Below are positions 29,537 through 39,566 of a stretch of DNA of 64,000 nucleotides, in pieces; position 1 is the stretch's first letter; each line of letters begins with the position of its first letter. This DNA is from Pseudomonadales bacterium. GTDB taxonomy: Bacteria; Pseudomonadota; Gammaproteobacteria; Pseudomonadales; IMCC2047. Made by a program: the position numbers and the translations under genes. The notes beneath the pieces were generated by a model. It ran no database searches. It saw only the letters and a list, made by a program, of their open reading frames with translations, and was not told the DNA's origin. The stretch is from the NCBI GenBank assembly GCA_041395865.1, contig JAWKZQ010000008.1, positions 12,090 to 76,089 on the forward strand, in the 5' to 3' direction.

Positions 29537-31357
29537 TTATCCTGCCGCGCTGATGACTTCCAGAAACTCGTCGCCATAGCGCTCCAGTTTGGCCTGGCCG
29601 ACACCGGTAATATTCAGCATTTCGCTCACGGAGCTTGGACGATACTGCATCATTTCCATCAGTGTGGCGTCGTGGAAAATGACGTAGGGCGGTACGTCCT
29701 GTTCGTCAGCCAACTGCTTGCGGCAGATCTTGAGGGCCTCCCAGAGGGCGCGATCTGCCTCGGTAATGTCGGTCGGTGTGCCGGCGCGTGTAAATGCCGA
29801 ACGACGGCTGGTTTGGAGTTGCGGTTCGGGCAGGTCCTCACGCAGGAACAGTGTCATTTCGCCGCGTAGCAGGGGGCGGCTTTTTTCCGTCAGCTGCAGG
29901 GCGCCGAATAATTCCACGTCGGAGCGGATGAATCCCTGCACCAGTAATTGGCGGATGATCGAGCGCCATTTCTGCTCGCTGAAATCGCGACCGATGCCGT
30001 AGGTGCTGAGTTGCTCGTGATTGTGTTGCTTGATTTTGGGAGTGCTCTTGCCGATCAGAATGTCGATCACGTGACCGGCGCCGAAGCGCTGGCCGCTGCG
30101 GTAGATGCTGGACAGCAGTTTCTGGGCCGCCACGGTTGCGTCCCAGGTGTCCGGCGGATTCAGGCAAACGTCGCAATTTCCGCAGGGCCCGGATGGTTCG
30201 TCGCCGAAATAAGCCAGCAGGGCCTGGCGCCGGCATTGCGTGATTTCACACCAGCCCAACAGACTGTCCAGCTTGTGGCGTTCAATGCGCTTTTGCTGCT
30301 CCGGTGCGCGCGACTCATCCATCATCTGGCCAAGCCTGACCACATCCTGCAGCCCATAAACCATCCAGGCTTCGGCAGGTTCGCCGTCGCGTCCGGCGCG
30401 GCCGGTTTCCTGGTAATAGGCCTCCATGCTTTTCGGCAGGTCGAGGTGGGCAACAAAGCGTACATCGGGTTTGTCGATACCCATGCCGAAGGCGATGGTG
30501 GCCACCATGATCACGCCTTCTTCACGCAGGAAGCGTTCCAGGTGGTAGGCCCGCAGTTCCGTGGAAAGTCCGGCATGGTAGGGGAGTGCTTTCAGTCCCC
30601 GGCTGCTCAGCCAATCGGCAGTGCTTTCCACCTTTTTCCGCGACATGCAGTAAACGATGCCCGCTTCGCCGCGGTGTTTGGCAATAAATTTAATGAGTTG
30701 TTTTCGGGCGTCGTTTTTCGCCTGCACGGCATAACGAATGTTAGGACGGTCGAAACCGCTGACAAAGGCCTGGGGGGTGTCGAGTTGCAGGCGCTCCATG
30801 ATTTCCCGGCGGGTGCGCAGATCGGCGGTGGCGGTTAATGCCATGCGCGGTACGCCGGGGAAATACTCGCGCAGCAGGTGCAGGTTGAGGTAGTCCTGCC
30901 GGAAATCGTGCCCCCACTGGGAGACGCAGTGGGCCTCATCGATGGCAATCAGGCTGATCTCCAGCGGCTTGAGTCGTTGCAGGGTCCGTTCCCTAACCAA
31001 ACGTTCCGGGGCGATATAGAGCAGGTCAACCTCGCCAGTCTGGAGCCCGCGGGCGAGTTGCTGTTGTTCCTCCAGCGAGAGTGTCGAATTCAGGAAGGCC
31101 GCACGGATGCCGAGCTGTTGCAGGGCGCTGACCTGGTCCTGCATCAGCGCGATCAAGGGTGAGACGATAATGCCAACCCCGCTGCGCAGCAGTGCCGGCA
31201 ACTGGTAGCACAGCGATTTGCCGGCACCGGTAGGCATCAGCACCATGCAATCCTGCCCGGACAGTGCCGCGTCTATAATCTCGGCCTGAAGGCCACGAAA
31301 GTCCTCGTAGCCGTAGGTGCTTTGCAGGAAGTGCCTGGCGTCTTCGAGCGAGGGCAT
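29537..31357 (-). CDS. recQ: ATP-dependent DNA helicase RecQ
   Basis: [39 protein letters not shown] Zn cysteines, HRDC ([12 protein letters not shown]). Confidence 0.97.
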   Translation of the reverse strand: MPSLEDARHFLQSTYGYEDFRGLQAEIIDAALSGQDCMVLMPTGAGKSLCYQLPALLRSGVGIIVSPLIALMQDQVSALQQLGIRAAFLNSTLSLEEQQQLARGLQTGEVDLLYIAPERLVRERTLQRLKPLEISLIAIDEAHCVSQWGHDFRQDYLNLHLLREYFPGVPRMALTATADLRTRREIMERLQLDTPQAFVSGFDRPNIRYAVQAKNDARKQLIKFIAKHRGEAGIVYCMSRKKVESTADWLSSRGLKALPYHAGLSTELRAYHLERFLREEGVIMVATIAFGMGIDKPDVRFVAHLDLPKSMEAYYQETGRAGRDGEPAEAWMVYGLQDVVRLGQMMDESRAPEQQKRIERHKLDSLLGWCEITQCRRQALLAYFGDEPSGPCGNCDVCLNPPDTWDATVAAQKLLSSIYRSGQRFGAGHVIDILIGKSTPKIKQHNHEQLSTYGIGRDFSEQKWRSIIRQLLVQGFIRSDVELFGALQLTEKSRPLLRGEMTLFLREDLPEPQLQTSRRSAFTRAGTPTDITEADRALWEALKICRKQLADEQDVPPYVIFHDATLMEMMQYRPSSVSEMLNITGVGQAKLERYGDEFLEVISAAG

Positions 31358-31372
31358 AGCGGGGTTCAGGTT

Positions 31373-31729
31373 TTATTTGGCCGTTAATGCAGGTTGCTCG
31401 AAGTGAATGCCGTTCCAGCCATGTTGCATAAAGCTGCGGATGTTGCCGTGGTCGTTACCATCGGGGTTTTTCAGCACGTCGTCGCGGTAATAGCCGCCAA
31501 AACAGGCCAGGGTTTGCTCAGGCGTTAGCTGGTTCAACTGGGCGAATGCAAAGATTTTACAGGACCCTTCGTTGCTGCCGGCCTCGTTGATCACCTGCCC
31601 GTCTCCGCTGCCGTTCGTGAAGCGGGTGGGCGTGTAGTTGTAATGGGCAGCTATCGTATCCATAACCGCTTTGAATTCGACGGTTTCGGGGTGGGTTTGC
31701 AGTTGCTTAAGCAAATCTTGAACGGTCAT
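31373..31729 (-). CDS. HopJ-family protein
   Basis: YTPTRFTNG...NEAGSNEGSCKIFAFA, FGGYYRDDVL..P.G.DH.NIR.FM..GW. Confidence 0.85.
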   Translation of the reverse strand: MTVQDLLKQLQTHPETVEFKAVMDTIAAHYNYTPTRFTNGSGDGQVINEAGSNEGSCKIFAFAQLNQLTPEQTLACFGGYYRDDVLKNPDGNDHGNIRSFMQHGWNGIHFEQPALTAK

Positions 31730-31890
31730 TGCGTATCCTGGACAGGGGTTAAAAAAGGCGCCTAGTGTAGCGGTTTTTGGACTTGGGGTTTAGGTGTTTA
31801 TCGGTTGTTAGGCGAACTGTTTATTCCATCGCGCGACAGGATGCCGTTATCTCTGACACCGATAATGACGAATTAATTGCTCATCAGCGC

Positions 31891-31922
31891 TTGACGTTGG
31901 AGCATACTTCAAGGTTTATGCT
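31891..31922 (+). promoter_or_regulatory. MerR-type (ZntR) promoter/operator
   Basis: TTGACG-N20-TATGCT with imperfect dyad ACGTTGGAG-cata-CTTCAAGGT, the same layout as E. coli PzntA. Confidence 0.85.
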
Positions 31923-31955
31923 GTGCCTATCCGTTAATAACAGGAAGGAATGCTT

Positions 31956-32357
31956 ATGTACCGTATTGGTGAGCTTGCCAAGCGCTGCGAAGTGACGGCT
32001 GACACGGTCAGGTTTTACGAAAAATCAGGTTTGTTATCCACACCCGTACGCAGTGATTCCGGCTACCGGCTCTACTCGCAGGCAGACGAAGCTAAGGTTA
32101 AATTTATACGCCGTGCTAAAAATAGCGGCTTTACCCTGCAGGAAATCGGTGAGTTGCTGTCGATCCGGGTCGAGCCCAAACACCACACCTGCGAAGAGGT
32201 GAAAAGGATCGCCGATGAAAAAATTATCGAACTGGAGCAGCGTATTGCAGAGTTGAAACGTTTTCAGAAGTCGCTGAAAAGTTTAAGCGAGAGGTGCTGT
32301 GGTGGCGATGAAAGTGCCGTTAACTGCTCCATTCTCGATGCCCTGGAGAGTCAATAA
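31956..32357 (+). CDS. zntR: Zn(II)-responsive MerR-family regulator ZntR
   Basis: MYRIGELA, DTVRFYEK, GYRLY, HTC.EVK, CCGG...CSILDAL. Confidence 0.9.
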   Translation: MYRIGELAKRCEVTADTVRFYEKSGLLSTPVRSDSGYRLYSQADEAKVKFIRRAKNSGFTLQEIGELLSIRVEPKHHTCEEVKRIADEKIIELEQRIAELKRFQKSLKSLSERCCGGDESAVNCSILDALESQ

Positions 32358-33463
32358 TGGAGTTGATATTCAATTTCTGGCAATTACTGGTGACGGCGGC
32401 GCCCTGGCTGTTGGCTGGGTTTGCCGTCGCCGGGCTTATCCATGCCTTTGTTCCCAAGGATTTAATGAGCAAATACCTGGGCGCTGATGGTTTCGCCAGT
32501 ACGGTAAAAGCGGCGCTCATTGGTGCGCCGCTTCCCCTTTGCTCCTGTGGCGTGATCCCGGCAGCCCTGGGCTTGCGGCGTAGCGGAGCTTCCAAGAGCG
32601 CAACGGTCTCCTTTTTGGTGGCAACCCCTGAAACTGGCGTGGATTCGGTCTCTGTTTCCTACGCCCTGCTTGGCCCGATTATGGCGGTGGTGCGCCCCGT
32701 TGCGGCTATTTGCAGCGCCATCGTTGCCGGTGTGCTGGTCGGTCGGGAGGAAAGGGTACAAGTTTCAGCGGCTGAGCATGTTGAAGCAAAAGCCTGTTGC
32801 AGCAAACAGGCTGCCGGGTCGGCAACACCCGGTGGTAGCGGCCCTGGGCTGGGTAACTTGGACAGACCAACCTTTGCAGGAAAGCTCTGGTTGGCCGTTT
32901 GTTTTTCAACCGGCAAGCTGGTTGCCGATACGGCCTGGTGGCTTGTTATTGGCCTGTTTTTCGCCGCGTTGGTGCAAACCTATGTGCCAACCGCTTTTTT
33001 GGCGGCCTATGGTGAAGGCATTCTCGCCATGGCCTTGATGGTGCTGGTCTCCATCCCGATGTACATCTGTGCAACCGCATCCACCCCGATTGCGGTGGGA
33101 CTCCTGTTTGCCGGCGTGTCGCCGGGCGCTATTTTGGTTTTTATGCTGGCGGGGCCGGCAACCAACATGGCAACACTGGGTGTGGTAGCAAAAGAACTGG
33201 GTAAACGCCCGTTGATGGCTTATTTGGTGGGTGTCATCGCAACGGCTATGCTATTCGGTGCGGCTCTTGATTTTGGCTTGGATTATTTTGCGGTCAATAT
33301 CCGTGAGGGCATTGAGCAACACAGCCATTTTGTCCCTGAGGTGGTGAGCCTGCCCCTGGCCTGGGTGCTGGTGGCGCTATTGGCGCGGGCTTTTTTCAAT
33401 AAGGTCAGAGCCCGCCTGTCTTTTGCTGGCGCGGACACTGCCGCTAAAAAGGGCAACCTGTGA
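32357..33463 (+). CDS. DUF318/ArsP-like permease (SO_0444-type metal efflux)
   Basis: PLPLCSCGVIP, TPETGVDS, PMYICATASTP, GPATN; TAATG overlap with zntR. Confidence 0.88.
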   Translation: MELIFNFWQLLVTAAPWLLAGFAVAGLIHAFVPKDLMSKYLGADGFASTVKAALIGAPLPLCSCGVIPAALGLRRSGASKSATVSFLVATPETGVDSVSVSYALLGPIMAVVRPVAAICSAIVAGVLVGREERVQVSAAEHVEAKACCSKQAAGSATPGGSGPGLGNLDRPTFAGKLWLAVCFSTGKLVADTAWWLVIGLFFAALVQTYVPTAFLAAYGEGILAMALMVLVSIPMYICATASTPIAVGLLFAGVSPGAILVFMLAGPATNMATLGVVAKELGKRPLMAYLVGVIATAMLFGAALDFGLDYFAVNIREGIEQHSHFVPEVVSLPLAWVLVALLARAFFNKVRARLSFAGADTAAKKGNL

Positions 33464-33491
33464 GCCGGTTGAAGGTTTGCGCCAGGCCGGT

Positions 33492-33719
33492 TTAGTGCTT
33501 CCCCAGTTGTCGTTTGAGTTCTTGAATGACTTGCTCTGCGCCCTGGGTCTGGATTTCCAGACACAGGCTCAGCAGCATACCCAGTTCGCCTTCGGGAAAG
33601 CCTTTGCGGGCAAACCAGATCAGGTAGGGTTCGGGCAGGTCGATCAGCACCCGCCCGGCGTACTTACCAAAAGGCATTTGCATGGAGGCCAGTTTTAGCA
33701 GGTGTTCCTTTTCAATCAT
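33492..33719 (-). CDS. DUF3820 family protein
   Basis: MPFGKYAGRVLIDLPEPYLIWFARKGFPEGELG. Confidence 0.88.
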   Translation of the reverse strand: MIEKEHLLKLASMQMPFGKYAGRVLIDLPEPYLIWFARKGFPEGELGMLLSLCLEIQTQGAEQVIQELKRQLGKH

Positions 33720-35095
33720 CAGGTGCGCTTTTTCAGTGGTGTAAAGCCGGCATCCTGCGGCTGGCTGTTGTTGTCGGTTTTACGGCGCTTGCCGACATTC
33801 TGGGTGTCGCGTTTGCGAACCTTGGTTTTTGCCCCTTTTTTTGTGGCTTCTTTTTTGGCCTGTTTTTTCTTCTTGGTACCGGCGGCTTTTCCCGATGCCT
33901 TGAGTTTTTTAGGGCCTTTGTAATGGCCTTTAAGGCTTTCAACCAAACGGCGCTCAAAACGCTGGCCCAGGTAGCGTTCGATGCTGGCCATCAGGTTCCA
34001 TTCCGGATCGCTGATCAGTGAAATGGCCAGACCGGTTTCGCCGGCCCGGCCGGTACGGCCAATACGGTGCAGGTAATCATCGCCGTTGCGGGCCATATCA
34101 AAGTTAATGACCAGGTCGATGCCCTTGATGTCCAGGCCACGCGCGGCAACATCGCTGGCAACCAATGCCTTAATGTGCCCGGTGCGCAGGCGTTCGACCA
34201 CGCGGTTGCGGTGCTCCTGTTCCATTTCGCCATGCAGGACGCCGCTGCGCACCTCGCTTTTAAAGAGCAGTTCACCGAGGCTGTCAGCCTTGGCGCGGGT
34301 GTTGGTAAAGATCAGCGCCTTGTCGTAGTTTTCTTCCAGCAGCAGAGCCAGTAACAGCTTCTGTTTGTGGCCGTTGTCATCGGCCAGAATAACCTGTTGA
34401 CGGATGGCCTGGTTGGCATCGCGTGCTGTGTTGAGCAGCAGCTCCTCTGGCTCCCGAAGCACCTTGTCGATCATGGGTTTCAGGCCCTTGCCGGTGAGGG
34501 TGGCGGAGTACAGCAGCGTTTGCCGTTGCGGGTTGCAGGCGGTGGCAATTTTCAGGACATCCTCGCCAAAGCCCATGTCCAGCATGCGATCCGCTTCGTC
34601 CAGCACCAGCACTTCAAGGTCGTTAAAGTCAGGCGTGTTTTGATCCAGGTGTTCCATCAAACGACCCGGTGTGGCGACGAGGATCTCCGGATTCTTGCGG
34701 AACAGGGCTTTCTGTATCTGGAAATTTTCGCGGCCAATGATCAACCCGGTTTTGAGCGGAGTGAAGCTGGCCAGGGCTTCGCACTGTTTAAGCACCTGAC
34801 GCGCCAGTTCCCGTGTTGGCACAAGAATCAGGGCGCGCGTGCCTGTGTTGGGTGCATCGCTGGCGAGCAGTTTGTTTAAGAGCGGCAGTAAAAAAGCGGC
34901 GGTTTTGCCGCTGCCGGTTTCAGCGTTAACCAGCAGGTCCTTGCCGGCCAAGGCAGGCGGTATGCTTTGCGCCTGTACGGGAGTGGGCGTTTCAAAGCCC
35001 AGTTTTTCCAGAGCCTTGAGCAGGCGTTCTTGCAATGGGTTGGCCGGTGAAATTTCGCTGAACAAAGTGGCAGTCTCGGTAGATGGTGTGGACAT
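33719..35095 (-). CDS. srmB: DEAD-box RNA helicase (SrmB-like)
   Basis: AETGSGKT, PTRELA, DEADRMLDMGF, SAT, HRIGRTGRAG, Lys-rich tail. Confidence 0.8.
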   Translation of the reverse strand: MSTPSTETATLFSEISPANPLQERLLKALEKLGFETPTPVQAQSIPPALAGKDLLVNAETGSGKTAAFLLPLLNKLLASDAPNTGTRALILVPTRELARQVLKQCEALASFTPLKTGLIIGRENFQIQKALFRKNPEILVATPGRLMEHLDQNTPDFNDLEVLVLDEADRMLDMGFGEDVLKIATACNPQRQTLLYSATLTGKGLKPMIDKVLREPEELLLNTARDANQAIRQQVILADDNGHKQKLLLALLLEENYDKALIFTNTRAKADSLGELLFKSEVRSGVLHGEMEQEHRNRVVERLRTGHIKALVASDVAARGLDIKGIDLVINFDMARNGDDYLHRIGRTGRAGETGLAISLISDPEWNLMASIERYLGQRFERRLVESLKGHYKGPKKLKASGKAAGTKKKKQAKKEATKKGAKTKVRKRDTQNVGKRRKTDNNSQPQDAGFTPLKKRT

Positions 35096-35204
35096 TCATG
35101 TTATTACGCGGATTCTAACCAAAACTCGCTTTAATTGCTTGAGCGAAGTGATTTTTCAGGGCATTGTTGTACCCGTTTTGAGTGTTGATTGATGAGGTAA
35201 AAGC

Positions 35205-35741
35205 GTGTCTACGTCATTGCAGGAACAATTGTTAAAGGCGGGCCTGGTTAGCGAGAAGCAGGTTAAGCAGGTCAAGAAAGACAAGCGTAAAAGCGCTAAA
35301 CAGAAAAAGCATCACAAAGAGCCGGTGGATTTGGCTAAACAGGCCGCCGAACAGGCGCAAAAGGAAAAGGCTGAACGTGATCGCAAGCTGAATGAAGAAC
35401 GGAACCAGCGTAATGAGCGCCGTGCAATTGTTGCGCAGATCCGGCAGCTGATCGATGCCAACCGGATTGCCCGACAGGATGGCGAGGTTCCCTATAACTT
35501 TGTTGATGATAAAAAGGTGAAGAAGCTCTATGTCACCGAAGCCCAGCACCAGCAGCTTTCCAGCGGTCAGTTGGCGATCATCAGTTTCCAGAAAGCCTAT
35601 GAGTTGGTGCCGGCCGCGGCGGCACAAAAAATTGCCGAGCGGGACAAAAAATGTGTGGTTTCGCTGGTTGATAAAAGTGCGATCCAGGCCGAAGAAGACG
35701 AGTATGCAGATTATAAAATCCCCGATGACCTGATGTGGTAG
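35205..35741 (+). CDS. DUF2058 (YaiL) family protein
   Basis: SLQEQLLKAGLV, YNFVD, YADYKIPDDLMW. Confidence 0.9.
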   Translation: MSTSLQEQLLKAGLVSEKQVKQVKKDKRKSAKQKKHHKEPVDLAKQAAEQAQKEKAERDRKLNEERNQRNERRAIVAQIRQLIDANRIARQDGEVPYNFVDDKKVKKLYVTEAQHQQLSSGQLAIISFQKAYELVPAAAAQKIAERDKKCVVSLVDKSAIQAEEDEYADYKIPDDLMW

Positions 35742-35752
35742 CAGGCGTTTAA

Positions 35753-36025
35753 ATGACGGAAACGCCTGATAAGGTCTGGTGGGTATACATGATCCTGGCC
35801 GACGACGGCGCCTACTACACGGGGGTGACCACGGATGTTGAACGGCGCTTTCAGGAACACCGCGAGGGCAAACGCGGGGCGCGTTACTTTCGGGGGCGAA
35901 AACCGCTTGCTGTTGTGTATCGTGAATCGGGGCATAATCGCAGCAGCGCCTGCCGACGCGAAGCCGAAATCAAGCGGCTGAGGCGTGAGCAAAAGCAGGC
36001 CCTGATCGATAATAGCCCCGCATAA
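35753..36025 (+). CDS. GIY-YIG nuclease family protein (YhbQ/UPF0213)
   Basis: WVYMI...YYTGVTTDVERRFQEH..GARY.RG, REAEIKRL. Confidence 0.9.
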   Translation: MTETPDKVWWVYMILADDGAYYTGVTTDVERRFQEHREGKRGARYFRGRKPLAVVYRESGHNRSSACRREAEIKRLRREQKQALIDNSPA

Positions 36026-36087
36026 ATTCCGCTTCACCTCCCTTTGCTTTAAACTGGCCCTCCTTTCTTACGGGTGCGGGAAATCGC

Positions 36088-37272
36088 TTGAAATCTTACG
36101 ATGTTATTATCCTTGGCGGCGGTGCGGCCGGCCTGATGTGTGCTTTTACGGCAGCGCAGCGTGGTCGCCGTGTACTGGTGCTGGAAAAATCCAACCGGGT
36201 CGGTAAAAAAATCCTCATGTCCGGCGGCGGGCGCTGTAACTTTACCAACCTCTATGTGGAACCGGATCGCTACCTGTCTGCTAACCCGCATTTCTGCAAA
36301 TCGGCCCTGAGTCGTTACACCCAGTGGGACTTTATCGCGCTGGTTGAAAAGCATGGCATTGCCTATCACGAAAAGACCCAGGGGCAGCTTTTCTGTGACG
36401 AGTCCTCGAAGGCGATTCTGGATATGCTGCTGGCGGAATGCGACCAGGCCGGTGTGGAGATTCGCACTGACTGCGAAGTGCAGGCTGTCAGTCACACAGG
36501 CCATTACCGGGTTGCAAGCAGCGACGGTACTTTCGATTGTGATTCATTGGTGATTGCCACCGGCGGCTTATCAATTCCAACTCTTGGCGGCAGTGGCTTT
36601 GGCTATGAGCTGGCCGGGCAATTTGGTTTGCAGCAGCTGCCGCTGATGGCAGCGCTGGTGCCCTTTACCTTTACTGACGGGTTCAAAGCCATTTCCGAGC
36701 GGCTGACCGGCTTATCGGTCAATGCCCGGGTCAGCACTGACAAGATGTCTTTTGTGGAACCCGTGCTTTTTACCCATCGCGGACTCAGTGGTCCTGCCGT
36801 GCTGCAGCTTTCCAGTTATTGGCGGGAAGGGGAAATCGTGACCCTGGATTTGCTGCCGTCCGAAGATGCCGCCGCTTTGCTGAGGGGAATGAAGGGCGAG
36901 GCGCCAAAATCGCTATTGCGAACCCAGCTGGCCCGGCACTTGCCGAAGAACCTGGTGATGGAGCTGGAAGGCCTCTGGTGGGCCGGTTATGCCACTACAC
37001 CGCTTGCCGAGATACCGGACCGGGTGCTTCAGGCGCTCGGCGAGAAACTGAATAACTGGCTGTTAAAGCCTGCTGGAACCGAAGGTTATCGTACCGCGGA
37101 GGTAACGCTCGGTGGGGTTTCCACCGACGAACTCTCCTCCAAAACCATGGAGTGTAAAACCCAGCCCGGCCTTTATTTTATCGGCGAAGTGGTGGATGTC
37201 ACCGGGCATCTGGGCGGGTTTAATTTCCAATGGGCCTGGGCGTCGGGGTATGCGGCGGGGCAGGTGGTGTGA
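36088..37272 (+). CDS. HI0933/YhiN/BaiN family flavoprotein
   Basis: GGGAAG, GKKILMSGGGRCNFTN, LFTHRGLSGPA, AEVTLGGV, GGFNFQWAWASG. Confidence 0.93.
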   Translation: MKSYDVIILGGGAAGLMCAFTAAQRGRRVLVLEKSNRVGKKILMSGGGRCNFTNLYVEPDRYLSANPHFCKSALSRYTQWDFIALVEKHGIAYHEKTQGQLFCDESSKAILDMLLAECDQAGVEIRTDCEVQAVSHTGHYRVASSDGTFDCDSLVIATGGLSIPTLGGSGFGYELAGQFGLQQLPLMAALVPFTFTDGFKAISERLTGLSVNARVSTDKMSFVEPVLFTHRGLSGPAVLQLSSYWREGEIVTLDLLPSEDAAALLRGMKGEAPKSLLRTQLARHLPKNLVMELEGLWWAGYATTPLAEIPDRVLQALGEKLNNWLLKPAGTEGYRTAEVTLGGVSTDELSSKTMECKTQPGLYFIGEVVDVTGHLGGFNFQWAWASGYAAGQVV

Positions 37273-37617
37273 GTGTGTTCCGTAACATTGAAATTGAGAC
37301 AATTCTATTCTCAAGGTTGGCAGCTCACAGGCTTGTTAAATAACAGGTTTGTTAATATAGAAAGGGAGGCTGATCAACCAAGCATTCAGGTGATGGAAAC
37401 AATAAAGGTAGGATGCTTGTGGAGGCTCTTTTTGGTTGAGGGGCTGTTACCGACCCCTAGCGGAACTTACATCACTCAATATCCCAACAAGGCTTATAGT
37501 CTTTGTATTTCTCTTGCCGTTCCACGTTGAATCATCTAACACACCGACTATACTTGCCCACTTTGTATTTTTCAGGGCGCTGATCAGCGCCTGCTTTATC
37601 AAAAGGAAGTGATAACC

Positions 37618-39492
37618 ATGTATTCTCCCTTGAAGACAATCCTATTGCTAACGATCGCCCTGCTATTAGTCGCCGGGTGCACTCCTACCCACACCCAGCT
37701 AACTGAACGTTATAACAAGCAAGTTGAACATAATAATCAAGTTATTCGCCATGAGGTGGATGCCCTGCTGTCCGAACTGGGTGATGTCAATCGCAAATCC
37801 CCCAAGAAAGCAATGTCGCCTTTAATGGCTGCAGCCTACCTTTCGCCAGAGCGCATTCCAGAAATGATCGCAGCGGGTGCAGATGTAAATTATGCACCCG
37901 CTGGTGGCTCAACCGCTTTGCACATATTGGTGATTAGGGAATATAACTACCGGGCGGCTTGGGCTGAGTACGGGTATGGACCTTATAATGATTCTCATGA
38001 GCTAGCAGCAATTGAGGCTCTTTTAAAAGCAGGTGCAGACCCGAATGCTGTTAATGAGAATGGGTCTACACCTGCTCACTTGATGGCTAATCCTTCGCTT
38101 TCCTATTATAGCCCCGGTAATTCTGGGCTAATTAAGGATATTGAACGTATGGCTTTGCTCGTTAAGCATGGTGCTGATCTCTCTCTAAAAGATAATAGCG
38201 ACAGGACACCCTATGAACATTTTCCAACAGGTTTTATGTCGCGTCAGACCGGAGATTTTAAGAGGTTTGTGAATGATGTTCAGGAAGAGGGGTTAGAGGC
38301 CGCGCTTTTTAATTTTTATCACAGGGAAGAGGTTCGGGCTCAGGCTCGGCGCGAGAAGGAGGCCGCCGAAGCAGAGCGCCAGCGTAAACGTCAGGTCGCC
38401 AGAGAAATTGCGCAACAGAAACGCAAATTCATTACCCAGGCCTTCAATGAAAATGCTGACTTGCGTGCAGCACTTACCAGTCTAAAAGAGTCGGCTCGTC
38501 CTTGCTTCACGCTGGGTGATATGTATAGAAAGGCTGATGATTTCAATTGCATTGCCATGATTAAGGGCTCAGCTTACCCATCCAAATCTTGTGAGGATTA
38601 CCAAAGGCAGTTATTGGGTGTCATTGAAAACCAGCGTGATCAAATCTGCTCGCCTTACAGACAGCAGCGTAAACACATCGCTAATTTATTTGCTGAGAAT
38701 TCATCTATAGCAGACTCAGTTATTGGCAAGTCCCTGACCGACCTGTCTCATACTGTCGATATTGAAAGACAGTACTTAAGTGAAATCAGGCGCATGAAAA
38801 CGATTCGTGATCGTGAGATTCGTAGCGAGAGAGCGGAGGAAGATCGTGTTTATCAGCAGGGTATTTATAATTACATGCAATCTTTGCAAAGCTCTGCCGG
38901 CGCCAACACCGCCGCTGATCAAATCATTCAAAAGAGTGTCGCTGATACCCAGAGAACCTTGTACGCCATCGACAGCGCACAAAAAATGGCGAAGATCAAT
39001 GCTGATTTGGAGGCCATCAACAAGCAGCTTAGGAACATTAAAACCACATCATCGCCACCGTCAGCCGCTTCCTCCACGCCAAGTTATCAGAGTAGCAGCA
39101 ATCAACCGGCAAGCCCCCAGTCAGTAGTGACAAAAAAAGAGTGCGTGGCTCAGTCTGAGAGCAAAGGAGCAATGCCCAATGTCCCACAGCGCTACTGCCA
39201 ATATGTTTTTTCTGACAATACCGACACGGTTAAAGTTAATTGGGACGATTACTCCAACCAGTTCAATGAGGAGTCTGGCAGTCTTCAACAGGCACAGAAG
39301 AATATTGGAACACCTTTGCTGAAAAAAGCCCGGCAAGTGTGTGAGGGCAGAGGTTACAAGCGTGTACATCATCCTGAAACCTATCAATTCAATCAAGTTG
39401 CATCGCAGGTGACGGACTGCAAGGAAAACAGCCGCCTCGGTAGTACATTCCATCTGTGTATAGGAACGGCATCGTTTATTTGCGCTCGTTAA
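37618..39492 (+). CDS. Ankyrin-repeat lipoprotein with coiled-coil and Cys-rich C-terminal domain
   Basis: Lipobox VAGC; ankyrin-like SPLMAA..GADVN, STALH, GADPNA..GSTPAH, GADLSLKD..RTP; visibly more AT-rich than its neighbours. Confidence 0.8.
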   Translation: MYSPLKTILLLTIALLLVAGCTPTHTQLTERYNKQVEHNNQVIRHEVDALLSELGDVNRKSPKKAMSPLMAAAYLSPERIPEMIAAGADVNYAPAGGSTALHILVIREYNYRAAWAEYGYGPYNDSHELAAIEALLKAGADPNAVNENGSTPAHLMANPSLSYYSPGNSGLIKDIERMALLVKHGADLSLKDNSDRTPYEHFPTGFMSRQTGDFKRFVNDVQEEGLEAALFNFYHREEVRAQARREKEAAEAERQRKRQVAREIAQQKRKFITQAFNENADLRAALTSLKESARPCFTLGDMYRKADDFNCIAMIKGSAYPSKSCEDYQRQLLGVIENQRDQICSPYRQQRKHIANLFAENSSIADSVIGKSLTDLSHTVDIERQYLSEIRRMKTIRDREIRSERAEEDRVYQQGIYNYMQSLQSSAGANTAADQIIQKSVADTQRTLYAIDSAQKMAKINADLEAINKQLRNIKTTSSPPSAASSTPSYQSSSNQPASPQSVVTKKECVAQSESKGAMPNVPQRYCQYVFSDNTDTVKVNWDDYSNQFNEESGSLQQAQKNIGTPLLKKARQVCEGRGYKRVHHPETYQFNQVASQVTDCKENSRLGSTFHLCIGTASFICAR

Positions 39493-39566
39493 CGACCTGC
39501 TTTTGGGACGGAGTCGATAAAGCCTCGATCTAATTGGGGCTTATTTGAAGGCATTAAGCTCGATAA

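Noticed and set aside
29948..30838. Long antisense or alternate-frame ORFs (e.g. 29948..30838, 3377..4192, 51280..52104, 60750..61808, 23173..23841)
   Set aside because: They lie opposite well-supported genes and show no recognisable motifs; expected shadow ORFs
31373..31729. HopJ as evidence of type III secretion
   Set aside because: The family is common in environmental bacteria and no T3SS genes are in the window
35753..36025. GIY-YIG gene as a homing endonuclease or defence system
   Set aside because: Size and motifs fit the stand-alone housekeeping YhbQ/UPF0213 family; no intron or defence context
37273..37530. 85-aa ORF after the yhiN-family gene, and GAACTT at 37463 as a sigma-E promoter
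   Set aside because: The ORF has no SD or motif; there is no matching -10 (TCTGA/TCAAA-like) at 16-17 bp
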